Positions 23,778-33,439 of a DNA stretch of 64,000 nucleotides are shown here, one piece after another. The DNA is taken from positions 18,662,001-18,726,000 of the forward strand of contig OZ365109.1 in the NCBI GenBank assembly GCA_977030845.1. Reading direction: 5' to 3'. The position numbers and the translations under genes were made by a program. A model generated the notes under the pieces. The model saw only the letters and a list, made by a program, of their open reading frames with translations. It was not told where the DNA came from and searched no databases. Every line of letters starts with the position of its first letter. Position 1 is the stretch's first letter. This DNA comes from Fimbriosthenelais zetlandica (Eukaryota).

Positions 23778-25103
23778 CTAGGTTTTTGCTGGCTTCAGAA
23801 TCTTGGAGAGGAGAATATATTCTTTGAGAAGTGGTGGAAGCTTGATTTTGATTTGAGTAATCTTTCTGGAAATTCCAAGACCCAGACTGTCTCTAATCGC
23901 GTTGCGGCTCGAGATGAGAAGAGGCAGTGGGTTTTCCAGGAGGTACTCAAGGCGCTTGCTCTGAGAGAGTTCTTTATTTTCCCTGATGAATTTGTGTGTG
24001 ATTGACTTAGTTGGTTGGCCACAGCGATGAATGTCAAAGCCGCAGTCAAGGAGAACATCAATACAATCCTTGGCTTTCTTCCATAGAGCAACGAACAGGA
24101 CCGAGTCATGGGGGTTGAAGGGGTCCTCCAAATCAACATCTCCTGATGCTGCATGTTTTCCGGTGTTCCAAATCAAAGGACAGTTTTCATAGATGAAAAA
24201 CTGGAGGCTCTCGATGCAGTTTTTGCCCACACTGTTACAGATAGGGGCCATGCACATTTTCAGATACTGGCTGTGGGCCGTCTTATCAGGCACGCAGCCC
24301 CTGCAGGGATCAGCCCCGAAGTCGACCAGCACAGGGATCATTCTCCTATCAAATATAGAGGCTAGAGCAAGGGGTGAAAAATACACTTTGTTGGAGTTCT
24401 GGAAAACAATGAATGGTATTTCTTTATGAACATTGGGTCTCCATTGGAGAATCATATGGACCATTTCAGATTCTTCTTTGATGAGAGCGGTGGCTAAAGG
24501 GGTCCATCCTTTATGATCTTCCCGGTCTACTGGGGCACCGGCTTCAAGCAACTTGCCGAGTATATAAGAATTGCCGGTGCGAATGGCTTCATGCAAGAGA
24601 GATGGCTCATCCAGTCTTGACCCGTATTCTAGAAGCAGATCCACCATACCTTTCTGAGACTGACGAACTGCCAGGAGGAGGGGAGAGGAATGTCTCATTA
24701 AAACATCATCTTCGCCATTGGTTGTGCTTTCTTCGGTGATGACATCTCGACAGGCCACGTTCACATCACAGCCCGCTTCAACCAACATCTTAGCCGCATC
24801 TAATCTAAATGTGTGTATGGACCAATAGAGAGGGGTCCTCCAACCGCAAATCACATTCACATCGCAACCAGCATGGAGGAAAATCTGGATCCTCTCTAGG
24901 TCATTATCGCACACTGCCCGATACAGTAGGGTCACCCCCTCAGGACTTTTAATTGAGCGGTATTCGGGGTGTTCGCAGAATGTCTCTTCGGTTGCATTAA
25001 GGTATACAGAATCAAAGTTTGGTTTAGGTAGGGACGACGGACCAAGAGTTTCCCCTTCACCACCCTCCTCTACCTCTTCAATGTGATCTCCAATGGAAGC
25101 CAT
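23778..25103 (-). CDS. Ankyrin repeat and SOCS box protein (ASB family), 441 aa, single coding exon
   Basis: Multiple ankyrin repeats (TLLYRAV, TPLYWSI, SPLLLAV, SLLHEAI, TPLATAL, SPLALAS). The C-terminal SOCS box reads PLPLLISSRNAIRDSL...LPPLLKEYILL. The context is AAAATGG after a CAG acceptor at ~25113. Confidence 0.92.
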   Translation of the reverse strand: MASIGDHIEEVEEGGEGETLGPSSLPKPNFDSVYLNATEETFCEHPEYRSIKSPEGVTLLYRAVCDNDLERIQIFLHAGCDVNVICGWRTPLYWSIHTFRLDAAKMLVEAGCDVNVACRDVITEESTTNGEDDVLMRHSSPLLLAVRQSQKGMVDLLLEYGSRLDEPSLLHEAIRTGNSYILGKLLEAGAPVDREDHKGWTPLATALIKEESEMVHMILQWRPNVHKEIPFIVFQNSNKVYFSPLALASIFDRRMIPVLVDFGADPCRGCVPDKTAHSQYLKMCMAPICNSVGKNCIESLQFFIYENCPLIWNTGKHAASGDVDLEDPFNPHDSVLFVALWKKAKDCIDVLLDCGFDIHRCGQPTKSITHKFIRENKELSQSKRLEYLLENPLPLLISSRNAIRDSLGLGISRKITQIKIKLPPLLKEYILLSKILKPAKT

Positions 25104-26149
25104 TTTGTCATCCTGTGTAATGAATCCTAAGCAAGCCCATACCGTACCTTACCTCTAACTGCGTATGTTAATTGCAGATTTAGTATGCATGGTAAAGTGT
25201 CAGTTCTTTTAGGAGTCTGATCGGGAGTGAACTTCACCTGCCATTGCTCCAATGCTACTAATGTTGCTGCCTTGCTTCCTCAAGGACTCGATACTCTAAT
25301 TCAAAATCGTACTGTAAAAAAGAATATCAAATTAGGACTTGGTCATAATGCTCGAATATAAATTGTTCATCATAAAATATTCGTATATTATACATATATT
25401 ATCTTGAAAACTTAATTTACTTTACACGGGAATCAGATTGTTATAATCGATATGAATTTTCATTTTTCACATGAATTTTCATTTTTCACATACGGTACGG
25501 TACATTCCTAGCATTATGTAGTGATCAAAACCTACCTTGAATTCAAGATCAATATCTTCCCACTTTTTAATCGCATTTAATTGGACCGCAAGCTAAAAAG
25601 AAAATGAAACATGAATAAGCATAATTTTAATATTTAATCTCTAACTCATTTTCATCTTCTCTGATTTAAAACGTAAATATTATAGAAAATTGATCTCATT
25701 CGCCATCTCAAAGCGACATTTATAAAACGCTGGAGGTACTTACTGAAGAGATGATCTGATACTGTCGAGCTAGTTTCACAGTGACACCTTCAAGTTCTGG
25801 ATAAGAATGGATCGTCCCTAAAGATTCAGCTGAAAGAGAATGAAAAAGATTTAGGGCCAAAATCATATACCAGATATAGTACCGTAGGATGTATGCAGTG
25901 GAACTATATTTTTCGCAGGAAGAACTGCACTAAAAGCCAAGGCATTACTTGCCTCTCTGTAAACTGGTAAAGTGAGAACCCCTCGGCATAAGCTAGGGCA
26001 TTTCATTGATTTTATCGATCGCCCCATATGAGTGACATTTATGAACGTAGGCAATCACTATAGCGCATTTGTGTAACGGGGCTTAAATAATCAATATTAT
26101 GTTTAAAGCGTTCTGAATCCGTCAAATACCGGACTCTTGCAACTTTTAA

Positions 26150-26540
26150 GTATTAATGGTATTACGGCAGCACATTTTAGGATTTCCATTTTAATCAGAA
26201 GAGCCTTGGTATCGTACCTGAAACTCTTGGAACCTTTTCTGGAATCTGCCATCCATTATACATTGTCGATGTTATCGCGTTGATTTCCTTCCACCTACAA
26301 AAAATTGCAATATGAAACGCATTTTCAATCCAACTCGGAATCTATTTTTTCTATCTCTATTTGCCGACCCTTTTCAAATATTTTACCCCCTAAAATGTAC
26401 CGTTGGCCTACTGGTACCCTTTTAGTGGAAGCCTCTCCCATAGGAAGAATAATGTTATCCGCTTTTTGCAAACTTGTTTTCTCTAAATTGTCTTCCTCTT
26501 CTCATTATTGGTCCATTTTTGTCACACCTATAAATTCTAT
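26150..26540 (-). mobile_element. Highly decayed non-LTR retrotransposon endonuclease-like relic
   Basis: The minus frame has stops and loosely resembles APE motifs (IILPMGE ~ IIMGDFN; NQRDNI ~ NQIDYI). Support is weak. Confidence 0.3.
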
Positions 26541-27429
26541 ACAGGTACGGTAGGCCGAGTAGCCTATCTATGTCTCTAAAAATTCGTTTGTCTACCGTTA
26601 CTTGCGAACAGATTATTCTCGATTTTCTCATTTTGTAGCAAAAACTAAGACTTCCTGCTCTTCCAACTTGGAATTTATAAGTTTTAGGCTACTTTACCTT
26701 GGCTGTGGCCGCCTGCACAACCACAGTGAAAGCCAAAACCACACCCCCCACAACGTTAACCACCACCCACCCCATCTCTCCCTCTCACTCTCTTTACTTA
26801 GGGGCCGTCCATATGTCACACCTTGGGGGGTGGGGCCTTTTCTGTAGGCCCTAGTAGGCCTAGGCCTAGGCCTATGTCTTATTTCTGTTTTCTAAGTCAT
26901 ATTGTGTACCAGTATATGCCTACTACTTCTACGGCACTTTTGCTTGTCAATTGACTTTTTTCTGCAATAAAGAATTGAATAATATTATTTATGATTGAAT
27001 AGCCCCAGTAGGTTACCGGTAGGCCTACCGTACCGTATGCTAATTATTTTTTTTTAGCAGTAGGCTGTAGCCTAGGGACCTACCAGTACCCGGTAGGCTA
27101 GGCCTAAACTAAAGGTCCCGGTATTCCCTTTTACATTGAAATTGGGAATGACCCCCAACCCACCTCCCGCGGGACATAACGTTACATAGCCATTGATTTA
27201 GAGAGGGCCCGCCCCGTCACCCAAAGATGGCCTGCCACCGACTGAAGCGAACGGGAGGCGGCCTCATCATGCTCATGCCCCGGCCATGGCCCGTAGCGTG
27301 AGCCGTGACTGGCGGCCTACTGGCTACCAGCCATTTACAAAAACACTAGCATAAGAACGATCCAGGAAAGAATATAAGAATATCTAGCCAGAAGAAAAGC
27401 AAATTGGAGGACAAAATAACGAAATTTAC

Positions 27430-27520
27430 CTTCGAAAAGTCACCGCGTAGGGCGAGGCTATTTGCAGACCAGCAGAACATCATTCGGATTTCGTGAACGG
27501 CATCATGGAAAACTAACCTC
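27430..27520 (-). promoter_or_regulatory. Probable non-coding first exon / promoter of the ASB-like gene
   Basis: Minus-strand donor G|GTAAAT at ~27429 in a CpG-richer context. A second UTR exon is likely at ~25150-25311 (TTTACAG acceptor). Confidence 0.45.
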
Positions 27521-27845
27521 GTATGGAAAGCCGAATATGAACATAGGATTTTATTTCAGTGGTAGGGCCTAGTATGAAGATATTTTGAACAGTGTTAATG
27601 GTGGAGACTAACAGTGCATTTTTAAGGAAGGTGTGAAACATGTTTCTGCCATATTTTAGCACTTATTAAATGGGGTTCATTGTCATTGAGATAACTGCAT
27701 GATCTTGGAGTCTGGCATAGGCCATCACAACAGGATTACACATAGCCTCATAGGGCATGTAGGCCTATAGGGTAAAAGAGCATGTTTCTACAAGGAGCTC
27801 TAGGCCTACATGGTCAATGATGGTCGGGCTAACCAGGTCATTATC

Positions 27846-29504
27846 ACTCCACAGGTCGAGACTAGCAGAGAACAGAATATCTGAACATTATTACACATCC
27901 AGATTAGTAGAACATCATGATCACAGGCGCAGACTAGCAGTCATGATACCACAGGTGCATAATGACTCCACAGGTGTTGACTATCATAACATCATGTCTT
28001 CACAGGTGCAGACTAGCAGCTACCGTACTAGCAGAACATCATGATTGTAGGCTACCAGAATATCATGTTTTCACAGGTGCAGACTAACAGAACATCATCT
28101 CACAGGTGCAGACAACCAGAACATCATGATCTCACAGGCCCAGACTAGCAGAACATCATGATCTCACAGGTGCAGACTAGCAGAACAGCATGATTCTACA
28201 GGTGTAGACTACAAGAACATCATGATTCCACAGGTGCAGACAAGCAGAACATCATGTCTTCACAGGTGCAGACTAGCAGAGCATCATCTCATAGGTGCAG
28301 TCTAGCAGAACATCATGATTCCACAGGTGTAGACTATCAGAACATCATCATCTCACAGGTGTAGACTATCAGAACATCATGTCTTCACAAGTGTAGACAA
28401 GCAGAACATCATCATCTCACGGGTGCAGTCTAGCAGAACATCATGATTCCACAGGTGTAGACTATCAGAACATCATCATCTCACAGGTGTAGACTATCAG
28501 AACATCATGTCTTCACAAGTGTAGACAAGCAGAACATCATCATCTCACGGGTGCAGTCTAGCAGAACATCATGATTCCACAGGTGTAGACTACCAGAACA
28601 TCATGTCTTCACAGGTGCAGACTAGCAGAACATCATCAACACAGGCCCAGACTAGCAGAACAGCATGAATCCAAAGGTGCAGACGAGCAGAACATCATGA
28701 GTCCCAGGTGTAGACTATCAGAACATCATGTCTTCACAAGTGTAGACTAGCAGAACATCATCTCATAGGTGCAGTCTAGCAGAACATCATGATTCTACAG
28801 GTGTAGACTACCAGAACATCATGTCTTCACAGGTGTAGACTAGCAGAACATCATCTGATAGGTGCAGACTAGCAGAACATCATGATTCCACAGGTGAAGA
28901 CTACCAGAACATCATGATTCCACAGGTGTAGACTGGCAAAACATCATGTCTTCACAGGTGTAGACGAGCAGAACATCATCTCATAGGTGCAGACTAACAG
29001 AACATCATGATTCCACAGGTGTAGACTATCAGAACATCATCATCTCACAGGTGTAGACTAGCAGAACATCATCTCACAGGCGCAGACTAGCAGAACATCA
29101 TGATTCTACAGGTGTAGACTACCAGAACATCATGTCTTCACAGGTGTAGACTGGCAGAACATCATCTCATAGGTGCAGACTAGCAGAACATCATGATTCT
29201 ACAGGTGTAGACTACCAGAACATCATGTCTTCGCAGGTGTAGACTGGCAAAACAACATGTCTTCACAGGTGTAGACTATCAGAACATCATGTCTTCGCAG
29301 GTGTAGACTGGCAGAACATCATCTCACAGGCGCAGACTAGCAGAACATCGTAATTCCACAGGTGTAGACTAGCATAACGTCATGTCTTCACAGGTGTAGA
29401 CTATCAGAACACCATGTCTTCACAGGTGTAGACGAGCAGAACATCATCTGATAGATGCAGACTAGCAGAACACCATGATTCCACAGGTGTAGACTATCAG
29501 AACA
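27846..29504 (+). repeat. Satellite left arm: 32/29-bp units CACAGGTG(T/C)AGACTAGCAGAACATCAT(GATTC/GTCTT/CATCT/CT)
   Basis: About 50 tandem units, degenerate at the left edge, with an exact 128-bp higher-order duplication at 28322-28577. Confidence 0.97.
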
Positions 29505-29687
29505 TGTTAAGCTAGCCATGATGGAGGAAAGGAAGACGTACAACACATGTGTCTTATCTAAAGCTTGGGACCCGAGAGAATGAGAGCTCCGCGTTGTCTT
29601 ATCTTTTATTAGCAATAGTTACATACAAGCTCGTGTGGCGGCGCCACTATAAGTCAGACTAGTTATGAATGTTCACACCAGTTTACA
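29505..29687 (-). repeat. 3' LTR of the copia element
   Basis: Direct repeat of 33045-33227. It is preceded on the minus strand by the PPT AGTGGGGG (plus 29688-29695). Confidence 0.97.
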
Positions 29688-29855
29688 CCCCCACTTGAAC
29701 ATTTGATAACATGCTTCAAAAATTCATACAGAAACGTTTTCAGAAACTTCACATAACGTTTATCAGTTTATACAATCATGGAAATTTAACAATATATTAT
29801 ACTGTCCGAAAGTGTATTCATTACAATTTAGAGTTTTGCAGTTATATAGACATAT

Positions 29856-32800
29856 TCAAAAACATTTATCATGATACTCTAACAACTTTTTCAGATAGCG
29901 TTTTTGACTCATTTTGACTTGATCATTTTCGACCTTGGATTCTATTCCTAAGAACCATGATAAGATTCCCAAGTCAGACATGTGGAATCTTTTCTTCAAC
30001 TTTGTTTTCACCTCAGACAACAAACATTCACTATCAGCAGCAAGTATTAAATCATCTAACCGGACCAACAATATAACATTACCTTGTCCATCGGTTCTGG
30101 TGTAGATGCACGCATCAACTTGTGATTGTACAAAATCATTTTGAGTTAGGTACTCTTTTAGAGTCCGATTCCAGTTTCGACCACTTTGTTTCAATCCATA
30201 GAGAGACTTGTTTAGTCTCCACACACAGTTTACATCATTACCAGTAGCTTCATAGCCTTTAGGCGGATCAATATATATTTCTTCTTCATTGGGTGCGTTC
30301 AAATAGGCTGTCTTCACATCAAGCTGATGTACAATAAGATTGTTTTGGGCAGCCACCTGGGCTAATCCCCTTAGTGAGGTCATCTTTGCTTTTGGGCTGA
30401 AGGTTTCTTTATAATCAATGCCCTCTACCTGACTATAACCTTTCGCAACATATCTGGCTTTATATCGCACCTCTTTACTTGCACCTTCTTTATCATTATA
30501 CACCCATCGACCCCCCACTGTCTTCCTACCATCTGGTAAAGGGGTTACAGAGTAGGTGTCATTTTCCCTCAGAGACTCCATTTCTGTCTCCATGGCATCT
30601 CTCCAACAATTTGAGTCAATGGTTTCCACATAGGTTTGAGGTAGACCCAACACTTTATAACAATAATCAACATTACAATTTACCTTCTCACCTCTAACAT
30701 AATCATCTAACCTTTTGGGCGGGCGCCTGTCTCTGGCGGGGTACCTTGCCTCCCTTACCTCTTGGTTACCTTGGGCTCCCTGCGCCTCGTTTCCCTGGTT
30801 TTCTACATTTTCATTTTGTTCATCGCGATCATAATTCTCAATCAACACATCTTCAATTGGCATAGGGGCATTGATAGGACCTTCTTCTATTATGTCAGTG
30901 AATCTGACGTTCCTGTATTTCTTTACATTTCCCGTATCTGGGTGATACACTAAGTATGCAGGGCTTCCCCTGTCGTATCCTACAAACCTTCCCTTTTTGC
31001 TTTTAGCATCCAACTTCTTCTTGTAATCATTATCATATGCATAACACACACTCCCGAATACATGCATCTTTGAAACATCTGGTTTCTTACCAACAAACAT
31101 GGAAAATGGTGTCTGCTCTATACGTTGGTTGTAACATCTGTTTCTGATATAAGCAGATGCCATAACCGCATACGTCCACAGGTTTTTAGGCAACTTTGCC
31201 TCTAACAACATACATCTGGCCATTTCAAAGAGTGTTTTCCATCCCCTTTCGGCCGAACCATTTTGGTGTGGTGAAAATGGTGCTGATGTCTCGTGTTTAA
31301 TCTGATTTTTAATCAGTACATCTCTGAATTCTTTACATGTATACTCGGTACCGTTATCGCTTCTTACACATTTTACCTTGCCATATGGCGCACAATCAGC
31401 TAGGAAACGCTCTAATGCTTTCACAGAATCACTTTTATGTTTCAAAAAGTATACAAAAATAATACCAGAAAAATCATCTGTAAAGGATATTGCGTACCTA
31501 AAGCCCTCTCTGGCTGTTGGATCAATTGGTCCAGCAAGGTCGGTGTGAACCATCTCGAGAATAGATGTAGCCCTTTGTCTCGGAATGCTACTTTGTGGGT
31601 TCGTTTGTTTTCCCATGGCACATGTTTCACAGTTGAACTTTTCTTTACTAATACACATACCTTCTGATACCTTTTCAAGCTGTATGATATCAGGAACATT
31701 GCAATGTCCGAGGATATTATGCCACGTTTTCAAGTCGCAAACTCGGTTTGCACAGTCAATTATGTCACTTTCACACTTCAAATAATATAGGCGTCCCTGC
31801 TGTTTTATAGCGAACTTGGTTCCATCTGGAGTCGTCATGTACGATTGTTCCTGTCTCAGTGTTACTATTGCTCCTTTCTGTGTCGCCACTTGCACAGAGA
31901 ATATGTTGTGTGGATATGTCGGGATGTAGAGTGCATTTTGGAGGGTTATTTTCACATGTCTACCTTTATCGTTTTGTATCACTACCATGGCGTCTCCCCG
32001 CTTCATGGCTACATTATTGGTCCTACTACCGTCAGCCAGTTCGATGTAATGTTCACTGGGTAGAAAGGAATTATCAAAACGTGTGAAAAGAGACTCATCT
32101 GTAACAATGTGGGTTGTGGCCCCACAATCAACTAGTAGTGAATCCTTTTTGTTGTTCGAAACATCCGTTAAATTCAGCTTGAACACAAACGAATGACTGT
32201 CCCTTGTGTCTGTCACACTGCCTCCATCTCCTACTACTTTTGCCCCATCAGTCGTTCTCCCGCCATGTGCGTTCTGCCCGCCATGTGCGTTCTGCCATCT
32301 ACACGACTGGTCTGTGTGGTTAGAGCGTTTACACAAGCTACACCACATGCTCTTCCCGTACTCTTTCTTTTGTCCACAGTCCATGGCCATGTGGCCGTAT
32401 TTCCTACATTTATAACACTGTCTATTATTTCTCTTTGACTCCGCATTCATAACACTGTCCTCAGTGACGGATCTTGCCGTCTCTGTATCTTCATAGCTTC
32501 TTAGCATGACTTTAAATTCTTGGAACGACACTTCTCTCTCCCTTTGTGTTACAACAACTACAAACGACTTGTATCTATCAGGCAGGCCTTTTAGAACCAT
32601 TGCTGTTAACAGGCTATCACTCACCAGTTCACCAGTATTTCTTAGTGCTGTGGCGGCCTTCTCTGCTTTGATGATGTAGTCGGTGATGGATTCATCCGAT
32701 CCTTTAACTAGGGAAGTCAGTTCCGTATATAGCGCGATAATCCTGGGTTTTCCTGTACCCGCATAATGTGCCCTCAATATGGCCATCGCTCTCCTTCCAT

Positions 32801-33059
32801 CGTCAGCTGCATCCCTCATAACCAACGACAGGCTTCTATCATCTAGGAACTGTATTAGCTCGGCAAACGCTTCTTCGTTTTTGGCGGCAAATCCTTCTGG
32901 CTCCACAGCATTGGTTTCCAGTTGAATAGTTTCCTTTAATTTCCTGAGCTTCATGTATCCTAGGAACTTGCTCTCCCATAGCTCGTATTTCTGTTCATCT
33001 CCATCGAAAAATAATCTGCTCCAGCGGTTGCTGGGCCCATAACCTGTTAAGCTAGCCAT
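29856..33059 (-). CDS. Copia Gag-Pol polyprotein, 1067 aa from the ATG inside the 5' LTR; truncated in RT
   Basis: Starts MASLTGYGPS. Contains two CX2CX4HX4C knuckles (CYKCRKYGHMAMDC, CSLCKRSNHTDQSC), protease LVDCGATTH, integrase HHCC plus HTDLAGP/RSDNG/NGSAER, and RT YKARYVAKGYSQ and LYGLKQS. The catalytic motif reads RLDD. The ORF ends KKLLEYHDKCF with no RNase H. Confidence 0.93.
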   Translation of the reverse strand: MASLTGYGPSNRWSRLFFDGDEQKYELWESKFLGYMKLRKLKETIQLETNAVEPEGFAAKNEEAFAELIQFLDDRSLSLVMRDAADDGRRAMAILRAHYAGTGKPRIIALYTELTSLVKGSDESITDYIIKAEKAATALRNTGELVSDSLLTAMVLKGLPDRYKSFVVVVTQREREVSFQEFKVMLRSYEDTETARSVTEDSVMNAESKRNNRQCYKCRKYGHMAMDCGQKKEYGKSMWCSLCKRSNHTDQSCRWQNAHGGQNAHGGRTTDGAKVVGDGGSVTDTRDSHSFVFKLNLTDVSNNKKDSLLVDCGATTHIVTDESLFTRFDNSFLPSEHYIELADGSRTNNVAMKRGDAMVVIQNDKGRHVKITLQNALYIPTYPHNIFSVQVATQKGAIVTLRQEQSYMTTPDGTKFAIKQQGRLYYLKCESDIIDCANRVCDLKTWHNILGHCNVPDIIQLEKVSEGMCISKEKFNCETCAMGKQTNPQSSIPRQRATSILEMVHTDLAGPIDPTAREGFRYAISFTDDFSGIIFVYFLKHKSDSVKALERFLADCAPYGKVKCVRSDNGTEYTCKEFRDVLIKNQIKHETSAPFSPHQNGSAERGWKTLFEMARCMLLEAKLPKNLWTYAVMASAYIRNRCYNQRIEQTPFSMFVGKKPDVSKMHVFGSVCYAYDNDYKKKLDAKSKKGRFVGYDRGSPAYLVYHPDTGNVKKYRNVRFTDIIEEGPINAPMPIEDVLIENYDRDEQNENVENQGNEAQGAQGNQEVREARYPARDRRPPKRLDDYVRGEKVNCNVDYCYKVLGLPQTYVETIDSNCWRDAMETEMESLRENDTYSVTPLPDGRKTVGGRWVYNDKEGASKEVRYKARYVAKGYSQVEGIDYKETFSPKAKMTSLRGLAQVAAQNNLIVHQLDVKTAYLNAPNEEEIYIDPPKGYEATGNDVNCVWRLNKSLYGLKQSGRNWNRTLKEYLTQNDFVQSQVDACIYTRTDGQGNVILLVRLDDLILAADSECLLSEVKTKLKKRFHMSDLGILSWFLGIESKVENDQVKMSQKRYLKKLLEYHDKCF
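33031..33044 (-). other. Primer binding site, initiator tRNA-Met half-molecule type
   Basis: GGTTATGGGCCCAG directly abuts the 5' LTR. From recall, this is the PBS of Drosophila copia and GalEa elements. It is also translated as GYGP. Confidence 0.85.
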
Positions 33060-33227
33060 GATGGAGGAAAGGAAGACGTACAACACATGTGTCTTATCTA
33101 AAGCTTGGGACCCGAGAGAATGAGAGCTCCGCGTGGTCTTATCTTTTATTAGCAATAGTTACATACAAGCTCGTGTGGCGGCGCCACTATAAGTCAGACT
33201 AGTTATGAATGTTCACACCAATTTACA
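33045..33227 (-). repeat. 5' LTR of the copia element (contains the Gag ATG at 33057-33059)
   Basis: Direct repeat of 29505-29687 with 2 substitutions. Confidence 0.97.
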
Positions 33228-33431
33228 GAACATCATGTCTTCACAGGTGCAGACTAGCAGAACATCATCAACACAGGCCCAGACTAGCAGAGCAGCATGA
33301 ATCCAAAGGTGCAGACGAGCAGAACATCATGATCTCACAGGTGTAGACTATCAGAACATCATCATCTCACATGTGTAGACTAGCAGAACATCATGATCTC
33401 ACAGGTGCAGACTAGCAGAACATCATGTCTT
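33228..33431 (+). repeat. Remainder of the satellite left arm, between the copia and the inversion point
   Basis: About 6 units in the same orientation as 27846-29504; resumes in register after the GAACA TSD. Confidence 0.95.
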
Positions 33432-33439
33432 GATAATAT

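Larger units (their letters stand above)
29505..33227 (-). mobile_element. Ty1/copia LTR retrotransposon, GalEa-like clade, 3723 bp, internally deleted (RT C-terminus and RNase H missing)
   Basis: 183-bp TG...CA LTRs at 29505-29687 and 33045-33227 differ at 2 positions. 5-bp TSD GAACA at 29500-29504 and 33228-33232. PBS GGTTATGGGCCCAG, G-rich PPT, and domain order gag-PR-IN-RT. Confidence 0.97.

Noticed and set aside
23727-24429. Short ORFs overlapping the ASB-like CDS; likewise those antisense to the copia, UBAP1 and MFSD13A exons
   Set aside because: These are shadow frames of real coding sequence with no independent motifs or splice support.
33060-33155. N-terminal 32 aa of the 1099-aa ORF, and the twin ORF 29388-29615
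   Set aside because: The ORF track starts at a TTG within the LTR, whereas the first ATG is at 33059. The twin ORF is just the second LTR read into satellite.
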